This document shows, in pieces, positions 1-9,640 of a DNA stretch of 64,000 nucleotides (position 1 is its first letter; each line of letters opens with the position of its first letter). Location of the stretch: the IMG/VR virus record IMGVR_UViG_3300031111_000010, positions 1 through 64,000 of that record. The stretch is one strand, 5' to 3'. The DNA comes from a virus. The translations under genes were made by a program, and so were the position numbers. The notes below the pieces were generated by a model. It was not told the origin of the DNA. It worked only from the letters and a program-made list of their open reading frames with translations, and did not search any database.

Positions 1-412
1 TGATATCACTATGAAAGAAACTAAAGAACAATTATTAATTAGGAGAGTATTTAAACTTATATCTAACCATCATTTCGGTGATCATAAAATGTCTCCATCA
101 TATATCAATCATATACGTTTTGATAGACAATTGGGAGATGATATAAGTAATTATATACAATCAAAAAATCCTGAGTATTATAATAAGAAAAGGAAGGAAT
201 ATGAAAGAAATTAAATATATATGTGATAATTGTAAAGAACCAATAAAAAATGGTGGTATGATAAATGGTTATATCAATTTTAATGATGCTGGATTTAATC
301 ATCCACCTAAATTAATATACGTTTCACCTGATAATATGAGTAAAGATTTATGTGAAAAATGTATGTTAACTGAAATTGAAAGATATGTTAAGATAAAAAT
401 GGAGAGATTATA

Positions 413-760
413 GTGGAAAAGAAACTAATATCATTTACAGATGAGCAGTTAGAGAAAATTAAAGAGCATTCTGATAAATATAAAAAGACATTTACAGAAT
501 CAGTAAGGATATTGATTGACATAGGATTAAGAGAAGCATTTGATGAATCAGATATTCCAGATGAAGTATCTGAACGTCTTAAAGCATTAGAAGAATCAGT
601 TGAGAAGTTATCATGGTGGACTTCTGACGATAATACATCCAGATTGGGTAATTTAGAATTTCAAGTTGGTGAAATGCAAAAATCAATAAATGTCTTGACA
701 GCAGCAATGAAATTGTTTAAGAAACATGTAAAAGATAGAAGTATTCACTTACAGGATTAA
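413..760 (+). CDS. putative DNA-binding protein (ribbon-helix-helix-like N-terminus, coiled-coil C-terminus)
   Basis: N-terminal KKLISFTDEQLEKIKEHS...FTESVRILIDIGL pattern is typical of RHH/CopG proteins. Confidence 0.4.
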   Translation: MEKKLISFTDEQLEKIKEHSDKYKKTFTESVRILIDIGLREAFDESDIPDEVSERLKALEESVEKLSWWTSDDNTSRLGNLEFQVGEMQKSINVLTAAMKLFKKHVKDRSIHLQD

Positions 761-762
761 AT

Positions 763-1035
763 ATGACCGAAAGAATTGTATCACGTTTAATACTCAAAGA
801 AAATGATGTGTTGGTATTATATCTACCAACAGATTATTTTAGACATAGAGAAATCATAACATCTATCTATAGACAGATCAAAGAAAGATTGATTGAAGCA
901 GGTAAAAAAAATAAAATACTCATAGTGCCTAGTGATGTTCAATTGGGTGTAATAGGAGAAAAAGAAGTAAAAGAACATATATCCAATATGGATTTGTGGT
1001 ATTTATGGGATGATGAAGGAGAGAATCATGATTGA
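763..1035 (+). CDS. hypothetical protein
   Basis: ORF in tightly packed operon with AGGA RBS. Confidence 0.5.
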   Translation: MTERIVSRLILKENDVLVLYLPTDYFRHREIITSIYRQIKERLIEAGKKNKILIVPSDVQLGVIGEKEVKEHISNMDLWYLWDDEGENHD

Positions 1036-1243
1036 GATATACCAAGACAAGATCGATCAGTGGAGATTCAGAATCAAAGCAGCAAACCATAAGATATTAG
1101 CACATTCGGAAGGATACAATCAAAAAGAATCATGTATCAATGGTATTAGATCATTGCTTGAAAATGTTTGTGTTGATAAAATAACAAGAGAACTTATCAT
1201 AAAATCTATTAAAGAGAGAAAGGAGAGAATTGACAATGTTTGA
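1028..1243 (+). CDS. YegP/DUF1508 family protein
   Basis: IEIYQDKIDQWRFRIKAANHKILAHSEGY..KESCINGI matches the DUF1508 signature; AAGGAG RBS before ATG 1028. Confidence 0.8.
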   Translation: MIEIYQDKIDQWRFRIKAANHKILAHSEGYNQKESCINGIRSLLENVCVDKITRELIIKSIKERKERIDNV

Positions 1244-1547
1244 CGATATTTTGGGACCAAGACAAGAAAAGATAAGATATCATGGTGAAAAGAGAAAAGT
1301 AGACCCTATGGACAATCAGAAACCAATACCACCTTCAATTGGTGGTGTAAAAGGTAGACCAGTACCAATATCAACAGGAACACCATTAAACAGTAATAGA
1401 GCTAAAAAACAAACTGATCCTTGGGAAGAAGATATTGAACTTGAAGAAGAATGTGAAGAAGAATGTGAAGAAGAATGTTGTGAGGATTGCTCTGGTGATC
1501 CAATCGGTTGTTTTGATGAATGTAAAGATGATGAATGGTCAGTCTAA
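1230..1547 (+). CDS. hypothetical protein with acidic Cys-rich tail
   Basis: EEECEEECEEECCEDC repeat encoded by a tandem 12-mer. Confidence 0.5.
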   Translation: MTMFDDILGPRQEKIRYHGEKRKVDPMDNQKPIPPSIGGVKGRPVPISTGTPLNSNRAKKQTDPWEEDIELEEECEEECEEECCEDCSGDPIGCFDECKDDEWSV

Positions 1548-1562
1548 AAGAAAGGAGAATGA

Positions 1563-1775
1563 ATGCAATTACCTGAAAGATGTCCTGAATGTGGTGGTAA
1601 ATTAGAATATATATCCGATGTCCATTTAATTGCTAATACCGATCCACAAGAAACTGGTATAGAAGGAAATTGTTTCAGGTGTGGTGCTATGGTATATTCT
1701 CAATTTAAAATGTATCAATCAGAAGTAACAATATTTGATGAATATGGTAATGAAAAAGAAACTAAAAAATTATAA
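1563..1775 (+). CDS. Zn-ribbon protein
   Basis: CPECG...CFRCG; AAGGAG RBS. Confidence 0.55.
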   Translation: MQLPERCPECGGKLEYISDVHLIANTDPQETGIEGNCFRCGAMVYSQFKMYQSEVTIFDEYGNEKETKKL

Positions 1776-1791
1776 AATTATAAATAATAGT

Positions 1792-2220
1792 ATGAAGTAC
1801 ATAACCATATTGGTATTTCTAATCTTCTCATTAGCTACAAATGCTTTTGCAGAATGGGAGAAGAAAGATTATGTTACCTATTTCGGCACAACAGATCAAA
1901 CGATTACATGTGCTTGGGATGCAGTAGAAAATGCTGAAGGGTATCAAGTAGAATTATATCATGTTGAACGTGACTCAATAACAAGAGTTGCATCAGAAGG
2001 CTTGACAGATACCCAAATTGTATTATCTTTACCAAGAAGTGGTCATTTTGTACCAAGGATAAGAGCATGTGCTGATTATCCAGCATGTGAAACTTACAGT
2101 GAATGGTCAGAATCCACTAATTCAGAGGTTGCATCAGTAGATGGACAACCTAGAGCTTGGTGGATATATGGTTATGTTGCACCACCGGGACCAATAATTA
2201 TAGGAATAGGAGGAAATTAA
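1792..2220 (+). CDS. secreted fibronectin type III/Ig-like protein
   Basis: signal peptide MKYITILVFLIFSLATNAFA; WDAVENAEGYQVEL...YSEWS FN3-like pattern. Confidence 0.55.
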   Translation: MKYITILVFLIFSLATNAFAEWEKKDYVTYFGTTDQTITCAWDAVENAEGYQVELYHVERDSITRVASEGLTDTQIVLSLPRSGHFVPRIRACADYPACETYSEWSESTNSEVASVDGQPRAWWIYGYVAPPGPIIIGIGGN

Positions 2221-2223
2221 ATT

Positions 2224-2535
2224 ATGGCAAAAGTAAAATCAGTACAACTATCTTTTCCACCATCAGAATCGCCTGATGTAGTGGGATACAAACTTTACAT
2301 GGTAGAAGCACCAGCAGTAGTAGATTATGATTCACCATCATATGATTTAGGAGATAACACATCCATTGATTTAGCTACATTGGATGGTATGACTTCTCAG
2401 GATGGAGTGTATAATCTTGGTCTGACTGCTGTTGATGATGCAGGGAATGAAAGCTCAATGAGCTTACTGAATGATGTCCCTTTAGATTTCATGGCACCAA
2501 ACCCTCCGGGGGCAATGCTAATCACAAGAACATAG
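2224..2535 (+). CDS. fibronectin type III-like protein
   Basis: PDVVGYKLY and YNLGLTAVDDAGNES FN3 motifs; GGAGG RBS. Confidence 0.65.
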   Translation: MAKVKSVQLSFPPSESPDVVGYKLYMVEAPAVVDYDSPSYDLGDNTSIDLATLDGMTSQDGVYNLGLTAVDDAGNESSMSLLNDVPLDFMAPNPPGAMLITRT

Positions 2536-2591
2536 TAGAATTGTTCGTGTGGATAGTAGAAAAGTGCTATGAAAAATTAGTTAAATTAATT

Positions 2592-2623
2592 ACGGGTTAG
2601 CCTAACGGTTAACCCGTTTTTTT
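2592..2623 (+). terminator. intrinsic terminator
   Basis: ACGGGTTA...TAACCCGT hairpin followed by T-run. Confidence 0.6.
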
Positions 2624-2635
2624 ATAACAAAAAAA

Positions 2636-2643
2636 TATAAATA
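2636..2643 (+). promoter_or_regulatory. T4-type late promoter TATAAATA
   Basis: exact gp55-type consensus upstream of the 2671-8500 cluster. Confidence 0.7.
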
Positions 2644-2670
2644 AATGTAGACAGATAAAATGGAGGTTAC

Positions 2671-3093
2671 ATGTCTACATTTACTACACCGTTGAGAACT
2701 GAATTAGTTGGAAAGTATCAATTTAAATTAATTGAACCTTTCGAATACCATATCGGTGAGTATCCAGCACCAACACCTTTACATATAATCAAGGTGCCAG
2801 CAGGATATATCACCGATTTTGCGTCCATACCAAGAGTATTTTGGCCTATCGTTTCACCAGTTGATGAATATGCTAAAGCAGCAGTAATTCACGATTGGTT
2901 ACATGTCAGAGGATATTTCAGTAGAACTACAACAGATGATATATTCAATGAAGCTATGAAAGTACTCAACGTACCTGATTGGAAACGAAGAATTGTATAT
3001 AATGCCGTGAAGTATTTTAGTGGATATGCATGGAGAAGAAACAGAAAGAAATATGGTACTCATAAAATAGAGGTACATAACTATGAGATTTAA
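2671..3093 (+). CDS. DUF1353 family protein
   Basis: VPAGYITDFASIPR...AAVIHDWL...DDIFNEAM signature. Confidence 0.85.
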   Translation: MSTFTTPLRTELVGKYQFKLIEPFEYHIGEYPAPTPLHIIKVPAGYITDFASIPRVFWPIVSPVDEYAKAAVIHDWLHVRGYFSRTTTDDIFNEAMKVLNVPDWKRRIVYNAVKYFSGYAWRRNRKKYGTHKIEVHNYEI

Positions 3094-3730
3094 AAATTAT
3101 TTGAAAGAAATAAATTATGTTGAGAGAGTAGATGAAATCGTATTACTACCAAAAGAGATTCATCCTAAAAAGACAGTAAAGGCATACAAACTATTCAGAA
3201 CAAAAGGAGGTAAAATCTATCCATTATATGTAAAGGCAAATGATGCGATACCAATTGGTAAATGGATTGAAGCTGAAATAGGAGAGATGTCACCAAGAGG
3301 AAAAGTCAAATCCAAATTAGGTGATTTAGCGTTTAGACCCGGATGGCATTCAGGTGATATGCCTATTGCTACTCATATTGGTGGTAAGAGTAAAGGAACA
3401 TCTCAAAAGAAACCTGATTATAGACCAGACAACCAAGTATGGGCTGAAGTGCTTGTACCTGCTGATGTTGATTGGCAAGAAGAAGCAAATCGTAGAGCTA
3501 AGAAAACCAAAGCAGGTAAGATCATTCCAAGAACAGCACATATCACAGATCAAATACCAAAAGGTGGATTCTATAAATATAAGACAAATGCTAATATGAC
3601 AGGATCATGGCTTATTAGTGGTGCTATTAAAGTAAAGAGAATTCTATCAGATGCCGAAGTTGAGAAATTAAATTTAGGTTTCGGTGTAGCTGATTTACCA
3701 AGACTGAGTAAACTACAAAAGGCAGCATAA
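3083..3730 (+). CDS. putative capsid-internal protein
   Basis: N-terminal MRFKNYLKE tag; LAFRPGWH and GGFYKYKTN motifs recall a domain of phage/mobile polyvalent proteins (unverified recollection). Confidence 0.5.
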   Translation: MRFKNYLKEINYVERVDEIVLLPKEIHPKKTVKAYKLFRTKGGKIYPLYVKANDAIPIGKWIEAEIGEMSPRGKVKSKLGDLAFRPGWHSGDMPIATHIGGKSKGTSQKKPDYRPDNQVWAEVLVPADVDWQEEANRRAKKTKAGKIIPRTAHITDQIPKGGFYKYKTNANMTGSWLISGAIKVKRILSDAEVEKLNLGFGVADLPRLSKLQKAA

Positions 3731-4377
3731 TGAGATTTAAACAATATATACATGAAATGGCAATGCCTAGAGAACTTGATCTTAAAAAGACATATTATCA
3801 TGGTACGAGTAAAGACAAGTTTGGAGAGGGTATATTAAAGAAAGGTATAAATCCACCTGATCTTACAACCAAGAAGAAGAACAACCTAACACCAGTTGAA
3901 GGTATGGTATATATAACACCAAATTTAGAATATGCTTTGATCTATGCATTGGGTGCTAATATGATTGGATCGAAATCACTTCCTGATTTTATGACTAAGA
4001 AAGGTGAGGAAAATATGTATCTTTTCGTTATTGATGGAAAGCAATTAAAAGACATTCAGCCAGATGAAGATTCTATTGGTGAGATGATAATGAAGAAAAA
4101 GCCAAAATGGATATGGGAACTAGCAGATGCTGTATTGTCATATGATGTAATGGATAGAGTAATGGATGGTGAATATGAGTATTGGGCAAAAGCTGGTAAA
4201 ATATTATTGAAAAATATGACTGATGAAGAAAAATTAAAATTGATAGATGCTGGCGCACATATAGCTCATACAGGATCATTGAAACCAAAGGAAGCATGGA
4301 TATTACCAAAAGCAGAAAACCATAGATTGAATAAGAAAGGATCAAATTTCTTCAAAATAGCAAAGAGAATAAAATGA
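3730..4377 (+). CDS. putative capsid-internal ADP-ribosyltransferase-like protein
   Basis: MRFKQYIHE tag; YYHGTS...VYITPNLEYALIYA (H-G-T-S / Y-x-T / A-x-x-Y-A ART-fold pattern). Confidence 0.5.
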   Translation: MRFKQYIHEMAMPRELDLKKTYYHGTSKDKFGEGILKKGINPPDLTTKKKNNLTPVEGMVYITPNLEYALIYALGANMIGSKSLPDFMTKKGEENMYLFVIDGKQLKDIQPDEDSIGEMIMKKKPKWIWELADAVLSYDVMDRVMDGEYEYWAKAGKILLKNMTDEEKLKLIDAGAHIAHTGSLKPKEAWILPKAENHRLNKKGSNFFKIAKRIK

Positions 4378-5033
4378 GATTACAAAAATATATAAATGAA
4401 GCATTAAAGGATACAGACGATTTTGGCGCAACAGGTAGGAAGTTTGAAGCTGCATTTATTAAAGCATTGAAGCAAATTGATGTAGAACATAAAGAGAATA
4501 GATATGCTGGTGCTGGATGGGATATTAAATCAGTTGGACCTAAATGGGTTCAACTGTTATTTGATAAGGAAATCAATATCAAGATATTCTCAGCTAAGTG
4601 GATGTTCGGCTCAACTGAATTAGCTACTATGCTTCCATGGTCAGAACCAGATGAGAAGTTCGATAAAGACAAAATGGAAATGAGAGTAAAACGATATCTC
4701 AATAAAAAGGGATTATCGGATATTACATTTCTCAAGCCAAGAACAGCAGAGATACAAAAAGAGATTATTCAAGCAGTAAAGAGTAAAGACATAGAATCAT
4801 TAGAGAAAGTAATGGTCAAGAAGAATTTTCAATTTGAGAAGTTGGGTAGAACATATGATGTGAGAATATTACAGAAGAAGGATGGCACCGTATCATCTAT
4901 TGCTATTGACAAGGGTGGTAAAGTTTTCATGCGTGGTGAGAAACCAAGAAAGATGGGTGGCTCAATGTTAGTAGCATTTAAAGCACCTACGAATAAACTA
5001 TCTAAAGTGAATAAGACGATAATCAAGAAATAG
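4374..5033 (+). CDS. putative capsid-internal protein, possible PD-(D/E)xK nuclease fold
   Basis: MRLQKYINE tag; GRKFE...WDI...EINIK spacing. Confidence 0.4.
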   Translation: MRLQKYINEALKDTDDFGATGRKFEAAFIKALKQIDVEHKENRYAGAGWDIKSVGPKWVQLLFDKEINIKIFSAKWMFGSTELATMLPWSEPDEKFDKDKMEMRVKRYLNKKGLSDITFLKPRTAEIQKEIIQAVKSKDIESLEKVMVKKNFQFEKLGRTYDVRILQKKDGTVSSIAIDKGGKVFMRGEKPRKMGGSMLVAFKAPTNKLSKVNKTIIKK

Positions 5034-5040
5034 AGGTAAT

Positions 5041-5241
5041 ATGAAATTTAAAAATTATTTAAACGAATCAATGAAAGTAAAAACTGAGAAGAACGAAACA
5101 GGACATGTTCATTATGCTGAAGTTGATGAAGATGGAAATGGTAATACTACATCCACATCCACAGGAGAAGACCATGTTCATAGAGTATTTGAATGGATAG
5201 TACAACCTGCCATGGGGCATTTACATAATTTGGAGTTATAA
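5041..5241 (+). CDS. His-rich small protein (YmaF-like HxH repeats), putative internal protein
   Basis: MKFKNYLNE tag; GHVH...DHVH...GHLH. Confidence 0.5.
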   Translation: MKFKNYLNESMKVKTEKNETGHVHYAEVDEDGNGNTTSTSTGEDHVHRVFEWIVQPAMGHLHNLEL

Positions 5242-5242
5242 T

Positions 5243-5989
5243 ATGATTATAGAAGGAGTAGAAGGATCATTAAATTTAAGGGTATTATTTAAAGAATGTG
5301 ATAAAAAGTATTTCGGTGGTGCTATGCCTCCATGTAAGGTAAGATGGTCTGGTAAATTAAAACGTGCAATCGGTAGAGCACAAGTAAAGTGGAGAGGTCA
5401 ACCTGTTAGTAAAAGAGGAAATTTAAATAAACTATTACCAGAAATACCACAAGTAGATGTACAAATAGATATGAGTAGTCTTAATATTGCTTTGGCAACT
5501 GGTAATGATTTAACCAAAGAGGATGTAACTGCTATATTATTACATGAGATGGTTCATATTCTATTATTCTCACAACGTAAATTAGGTGGACATCATGGAA
5601 CACCAGAATTTGATGGATGGATTAAAAGACTGAGAAAAGAATCAGGATTGAATATACCATTTAAAGAATCCTCATTTAAGAAATCACCTAAGTTGAAAGC
5701 TAAAACAGCATATATCGCATTGATCTATCAAAGAGATGGTAAGATAGGTGCATGTACCTATACTCAAAAAGTGGTGTATAGTAGTGACTTTGAAATGCAA
5801 TTAGATAGAATGGCTAAACGATATTTCAGAAAGATTGAAGTCTATTATGCTTCACATGCAATAGTAAATACAATACCATCAAAACGTACATTCAGAAGTA
5901 TAACATGGCATAACTTAGACCCATCAGACGTAGATCAGGTAGTGAGAGAAATTAAAAAGAACGGTAAGAAGATATTCAGTTCAGAGTAA
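5243..5989 (+). CDS. SprT-like zinc metalloprotease
   Basis: KKYFGG...VRWSGKLKRAIG...ILLHEMVH...GHHGTPEF signature. Confidence 0.85.
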   Translation: MIIEGVEGSLNLRVLFKECDKKYFGGAMPPCKVRWSGKLKRAIGRAQVKWRGQPVSKRGNLNKLLPEIPQVDVQIDMSSLNIALATGNDLTKEDVTAILLHEMVHILLFSQRKLGGHHGTPEFDGWIKRLRKESGLNIPFKESSFKKSPKLKAKTAYIALIYQRDGKIGACTYTQKVVYSSDFEMQLDRMAKRYFRKIEVYYASHAIVNTIPSKRTFRSITWHNLDPSDVDQVVREIKKNGKKIFSSE

Positions 5990-5998
5990 GGTGAGAAT

Positions 5999-6961
5999 AT
6001 GAGATTTAGAAGATATATAAATGAAATGTCCTATGAAGAAAAGGATATTCCAAGAACATTCAGAGTAGTATTTGAAATTGATCGATATGATGAGAATGAA
6101 ATGTTAAAAAATATCAAGCAATTAGCAAGTATGAAATTTGAAGGCATGACAGGTATATCAGATAAACATGATATTGGTTTTCATTGGTTGGGTGTAGCCA
6201 GAGATGCCATGCTCATTATGAAAGGAAAGGAAGTAGTAAAATTAAATAAACTCTCACGATTTCTCTATGGTAATCCTAATTATTTTTTAAGTAACAAAAT
6301 GGCAATGGCTAAGAGATTATTTAATAAGAGTGGTGGAACATTTGGTGATTCAAACATTATCCAAAACATATTAGAATATGTATTTAAAGAATTAGGAAAA
6401 TTAAATTCTACTCTAAAACATGATATTGAATATACTGCTGCCTATCAATCATACTCTCATTTCGCACATAAGAAACAAGTAAATATCAACAGTTCAAAAG
6501 ACCTTGTTAAGTGGATAAGGAAAACTGGTAAAGAAGTAAAAGAAGAAGAAGAAAAGAGAGAATGGAAAAGTAGTGAAAGAATTAGAGTTGTTGATATGAT
6601 AGCTGAATTATCTAATGGTCAAATCGAAAAAGCTATATATGATGCATTCGATCAAATAGGAAAAATATATGGGGATGAAGGTGAATGGGTAGTAAAGGAT
6701 TCAACATTCAAAGTACCAAAGGGATCACACCTTTATATATTAGTCAATCAAAAAGAATATAAGAAGATGAAAGATTTAGAATTAAATAATCCTGAACAAT
6801 GGAAGATCATGCAATTTATGAATAGAGATGAAGTAGTAAAGAAATATGATTTTCTAATGAAGTCACTTAAGAAATATGGAGTATTTAAAAAATACAAGGT
6901 GAAGTTTGTTGATGGTCAAGAGTGGAAGAAAATACAAAGTATGCATTTAAGCAGGAAATAA
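5999..6961 (+). CDS. putative capsid-internal protein
   Basis: MRFRRYINE tag; DEGEWVV (ExE) weakly ART-like. Confidence 0.45.
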   Translation: MRFRRYINEMSYEEKDIPRTFRVVFEIDRYDENEMLKNIKQLASMKFEGMTGISDKHDIGFHWLGVARDAMLIMKGKEVVKLNKLSRFLYGNPNYFLSNKMAMAKRLFNKSGGTFGDSNIIQNILEYVFKELGKLNSTLKHDIEYTAAYQSYSHFAHKKQVNINSSKDLVKWIRKTGKEVKEEEEKREWKSSERIRVVDMIAELSNGQIEKAIYDAFDQIGKIYGDEGEWVVKDSTFKVPKGSHLYILVNQKEYKKMKDLELNNPEQWKIMQFMNRDEVVKKYDFLMKSLKKYGVFKKYKVKFVDGQEWKKIQSMHLSRK

Positions 6962-6967
6962 ATAACA

Positions 6968-7327
6968 ATGGAAAATAAATATAATATAGCAGTACAACTT
7001 TATACCTATAGAGCTAAAATAACAGAAGTATATGATGGTGATACATTTACTGCTGATATTAATTTAGGTATGGGTATACATATGCATGGTGTAAAGATTA
7101 GACTATTATATGTTGACACTCCTGAAATAAGGGGTGAGGAAAGATCAAGAGGTTTAGAGGTTAGGGATCATGTGAGAGAATTGATATTAGGCAAAGAAGT
7201 AGTAATTCAAACACAGCAAGATAAAACAGGTAAATATGGAAGGCTATTAGCCGAAGTATATATAAATAACGAAACACCATTATCAAGCTATTTAGTTGAG
7301 AACTTTATGGCTGAGTGGTACGAATAA
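6968..7327 (+). CDS. thermonuclease (SNase-like) family protein
   Basis: VYDGDTF...IRLLYVDTPE...GKYGRLLAEVY. Confidence 0.9.
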   Translation: MENKYNIAVQLYTYRAKITEVYDGDTFTADINLGMGIHMHGVKIRLLYVDTPEIRGEERSRGLEVRDHVRELILGKEVVIQTQQDKTGKYGRLLAEVYINNETPLSSYLVENFMAEWYE

Positions 7328-7337
7328 GGAGAGAGAT

Positions 7338-7607
7338 ATGGATTTAATTGAAAAATATTTAGAAGAAGCAGAACCAATAATGCACTTTGGGAAATCTAAT
7401 TACACAACCAAAGGACAACAAACGAAAAACAGAAAAGATATAGATGTAAACATAATAGATACAGCTATAAGCGATCTTAAAAAAGCCAATAAGATATTGA
7501 AGTCTGCAAATTATGTTGATTTCAAGGTTCAATCTGAAGCAGGAAAACATTTAATTCAAGCGAAAAAAAAGATAGAATCACAAATAAAAGCTGCTAAGAT
7601 AAAATAA
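7338..7607 (+). CDS. putative internal protein
   Basis: start at 7338 (AAGGAG RBS) gives MDLIEKYLEEA tag. Confidence 0.5.
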   Translation: MDLIEKYLEEAEPIMHFGKSNYTTKGQQTKNRKDIDVNIIDTAISDLKKANKILKSANYVDFKVQSEAGKHLIQAKKKIESQIKAAKIK

Positions 7608-7616
7608 GGAGAAGAC

Positions 7617-8057
7617 ATGGATACAGCAACATTTAAAGCATTACCAGTTACAACACATGCAGCAGCAGTTGCGGGTGGTGTAGCTATAGGTAGTAATTAT
7701 ATCACAAAAGATTTACAAGGACAAACAGGTAAAAGGGTATCTTATTTTACAAGAATTACTAAGATAAGAGAGAATGCAACTTACGTTAAAAACATGCCAA
7801 GAACTAGAAAACCAATTAGAGGATGGGAATTAGGTAGCAATCCAGCTTCAAGGACTGTATCGGGTTCTGATCCATTCACAGGAGCACCATATACTAAGGT
7901 AATAACTATAACAGCTAGTGGTAGTTGGCCTGATGGTGCAGTAAGTTATGAAACAAGTGCAGCTACTGTATCAGCATCAGTAATGCCTGACTTTTTACCG
8001 GGAACAAGCCAACAAACAGATGGATATGTAAGAATCTACGATGTACTGACAGATTAA
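7617..8057 (+). CDS. Thr/Ser/Gly-rich virion protein candidate (paralog of 8557-9063)
   Basis: MxxATFxAL start and QxDGYxRxxxxLxD end shared with 8557-9063. Confidence 0.5.
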   Translation: MDTATFKALPVTTHAAAVAGGVAIGSNYITKDLQGQTGKRVSYFTRITKIRENATYVKNMPRTRKPIRGWELGSNPASRTVSGSDPFTGAPYTKVITITASGSWPDGAVSYETSAATVSASVMPDFLPGTSQQTDGYVRIYDVLTD

Positions 8058-8066
8058 GGAGAAGAC

Positions 8067-8282
8067 ATGAATTTAATAGAGAAGTATTTAGGAGAAGCTA
8101 CACGATGTCCTGTTTGTGGACATCCATTAAATAGCAGATATCACAAAGAGAATTGTGAAGGTGGTGGTGAGAAGAAGCAAAAGAGAAAAGGCAAATATAA
8201 ACTACCTAAAATGCAGGGATATCAAGCAAGTAAATCTATGGGTGGACCCGGACACGGTATGTCACCAATGGGAAGAAGATAA
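8067..8282 (+). CDS. small basic Zn-finger protein, putative internal protein
   Basis: MNLIEKYLGEA tag; CPVC...H...C. Confidence 0.5.
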   Translation: MNLIEKYLGEATRCPVCGHPLNSRYHKENCEGGGEKKQKRKGKYKLPKMQGYQASKSMGGPGHGMSPMGRR

Positions 8283-8293
8283 GGAGAAGTGAT

Positions 8294-8500
8294 ATGAGTG
8301 AATTAATAGATAAATATTTAGGAGAAGCATCTCTTGAAGAAATGAGCTATAAAAAGTTTGATAAAGAGATAAGTAGAGCAAAGAAAAACAAAACAAGATT
8401 GAAAAATTTAACATCTACTATTCATTCAATGGGTGATGGTGGAATGTTAAAACCTGATGAAGTAAAGAAACTTGTTGATAAAATCAAATCTTTAATGTGA
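8294..8500 (+). CDS. small basic putative internal protein
   Basis: MSELIDKYLGEA tag. Confidence 0.5.
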   Translation: MSELIDKYLGEASLEEMSYKKFDKEISRAKKNKTRLKNLTSTIHSMGDGGMLKPDEVKKLVDKIKSLM

Positions 8501-8516
8501 AAAAAAAATTAAAAAA

Positions 8517-8524
8517 TATAAATA
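8517..8524 (+). promoter_or_regulatory. T4-type late promoter TATAAATA
   Basis: exact consensus upstream of 8557 (AGGAGG RBS). Confidence 0.7.
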
Positions 8525-8556
8525 TATATGAGAAGTGAAAAAAGGAGGAATATATT

Positions 8557-9063
8557 ATGAATTATGCAACATTTGCAGCATTGAGTACTTATGGTTCCGT
8601 AGAAAAGGCATTAAAAGCAAAACCAACTGATGGTGATGCATGGCTATTGAACGAAACCTTAATATATCAAGATGGAAGTATGTCAAATCCCGCACCAAGT
8701 GGAGCAGCAATTAAGCAGTCAAATCAGACTCAAAAAGCAACAACAATTACTACTGGTGTACAAAGAAATAAAGGTAATGATAATGTAACATCTTCTAGTT
8801 TTGGAACTACACCGGGAGGTGAATCTATAACCCTAACCTATAATACTAAAGTAGGTGGATCAGCCCAAAGTAGTAAAGGTGGAGGAACTTTTGTTAATAG
8901 AGAAACAGTTCTCAACAGTAAAACACCAGCTATCAGACATAAAGTATCTTGGTATGTAACCGATAGTAATCAGGAAGATGGTTATCGTAGAGTATTTGGA
9001 TTGCTTGAAGACCCAACTAGTACTGCATTGGGTAGAGATGATGATCCTCAAGAGAGAATCTAA
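8557..9063 (+). CDS. Thr/Ser/Gly-rich virion protein candidate
   Basis: own late promoter, strong RBS, paralogous to 7617-8057. Confidence 0.55.
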   Translation: MNYATFAALSTYGSVEKALKAKPTDGDAWLLNETLIYQDGSMSNPAPSGAAIKQSNQTQKATTITTGVQRNKGNDNVTSSSFGTTPGGESITLTYNTKVGGSAQSSKGGGTFVNRETVLNSKTPAIRHKVSWYVTDSNQEDGYRRVFGLLEDPTSTALGRDDDPQERI

Positions 9064-9232
9064 ATGAAACAGCTATTAGAGGAAATATGGGAATTTCCCA
9101 TTACTCTTTTAGCATGGATCATATTTCATTTGGCATTAAGATTCGAAAATGCGAAGTGGCTTGACTATCTAACCGATTGGGTTGGATTGGACACAGAAGA
9201 AATTCTGAGAATATTAAATAAGTAGTCAATAG

Positions 9233-9273
9233 TGGCGAATAAGAGAAGAAAATAGCTTTTATTCGCCATTTTT
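9233..9273. terminator. terminator between convergent gene blocks
   Basis: TGGCGAATAA...TTATTCGCCA inverted repeat followed by T-run. Confidence 0.6.
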
Positions 9274-9295
9274 GTCTACTTAGAGCTTGCGACAT

Positions 9296-9640
9296 TTAGA
9301 GCTTGAAATCATCCTCTCCAAATTCATCATGAATCGAATGTTCCCGAATGAACTTATCAGCCCATATATTTTTTGCTTCATCACTATGACCATACCCAAC
9401 ACCAGTATATTCATCAATATATTGTTTTGCTTCTTTCAACCCCCATCCTGTTTGTGCTCTTACTTCTTTAATAGCAGCAATCTTTCTACCAGCACGAATC
9501 TCATTAGCAATAGCCATTACATCTGAGAATTTACCACCATATACTATTTTACCTTCACCAAATACAAAATCATTTGGATTGATATCTGATATAACAATAC
9601 AAATACCTCTACCGGGAATATTCATCAATTCACTTTTCAT
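9296..9640 (-). CDS. ribosomal protein bL12 (L7/L12) C-terminal-domain protein
   Basis: KIAAIKEVRAQTGWGLKEAKQYID matches the bL12 CTD core KIxVIKEVRxITGLGLKEAK. Confidence 0.8.
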   Translation of the reverse strand: MKSELMNIPGRGICIVISDINPNDFVFGEGKIVYGGKFSDVMAIANEIRAGRKIAAIKEVRAQTGWGLKEAKQYIDEYTGVGYGHSDEAKNIWADKFIREHSIHDEFGEDDFKL

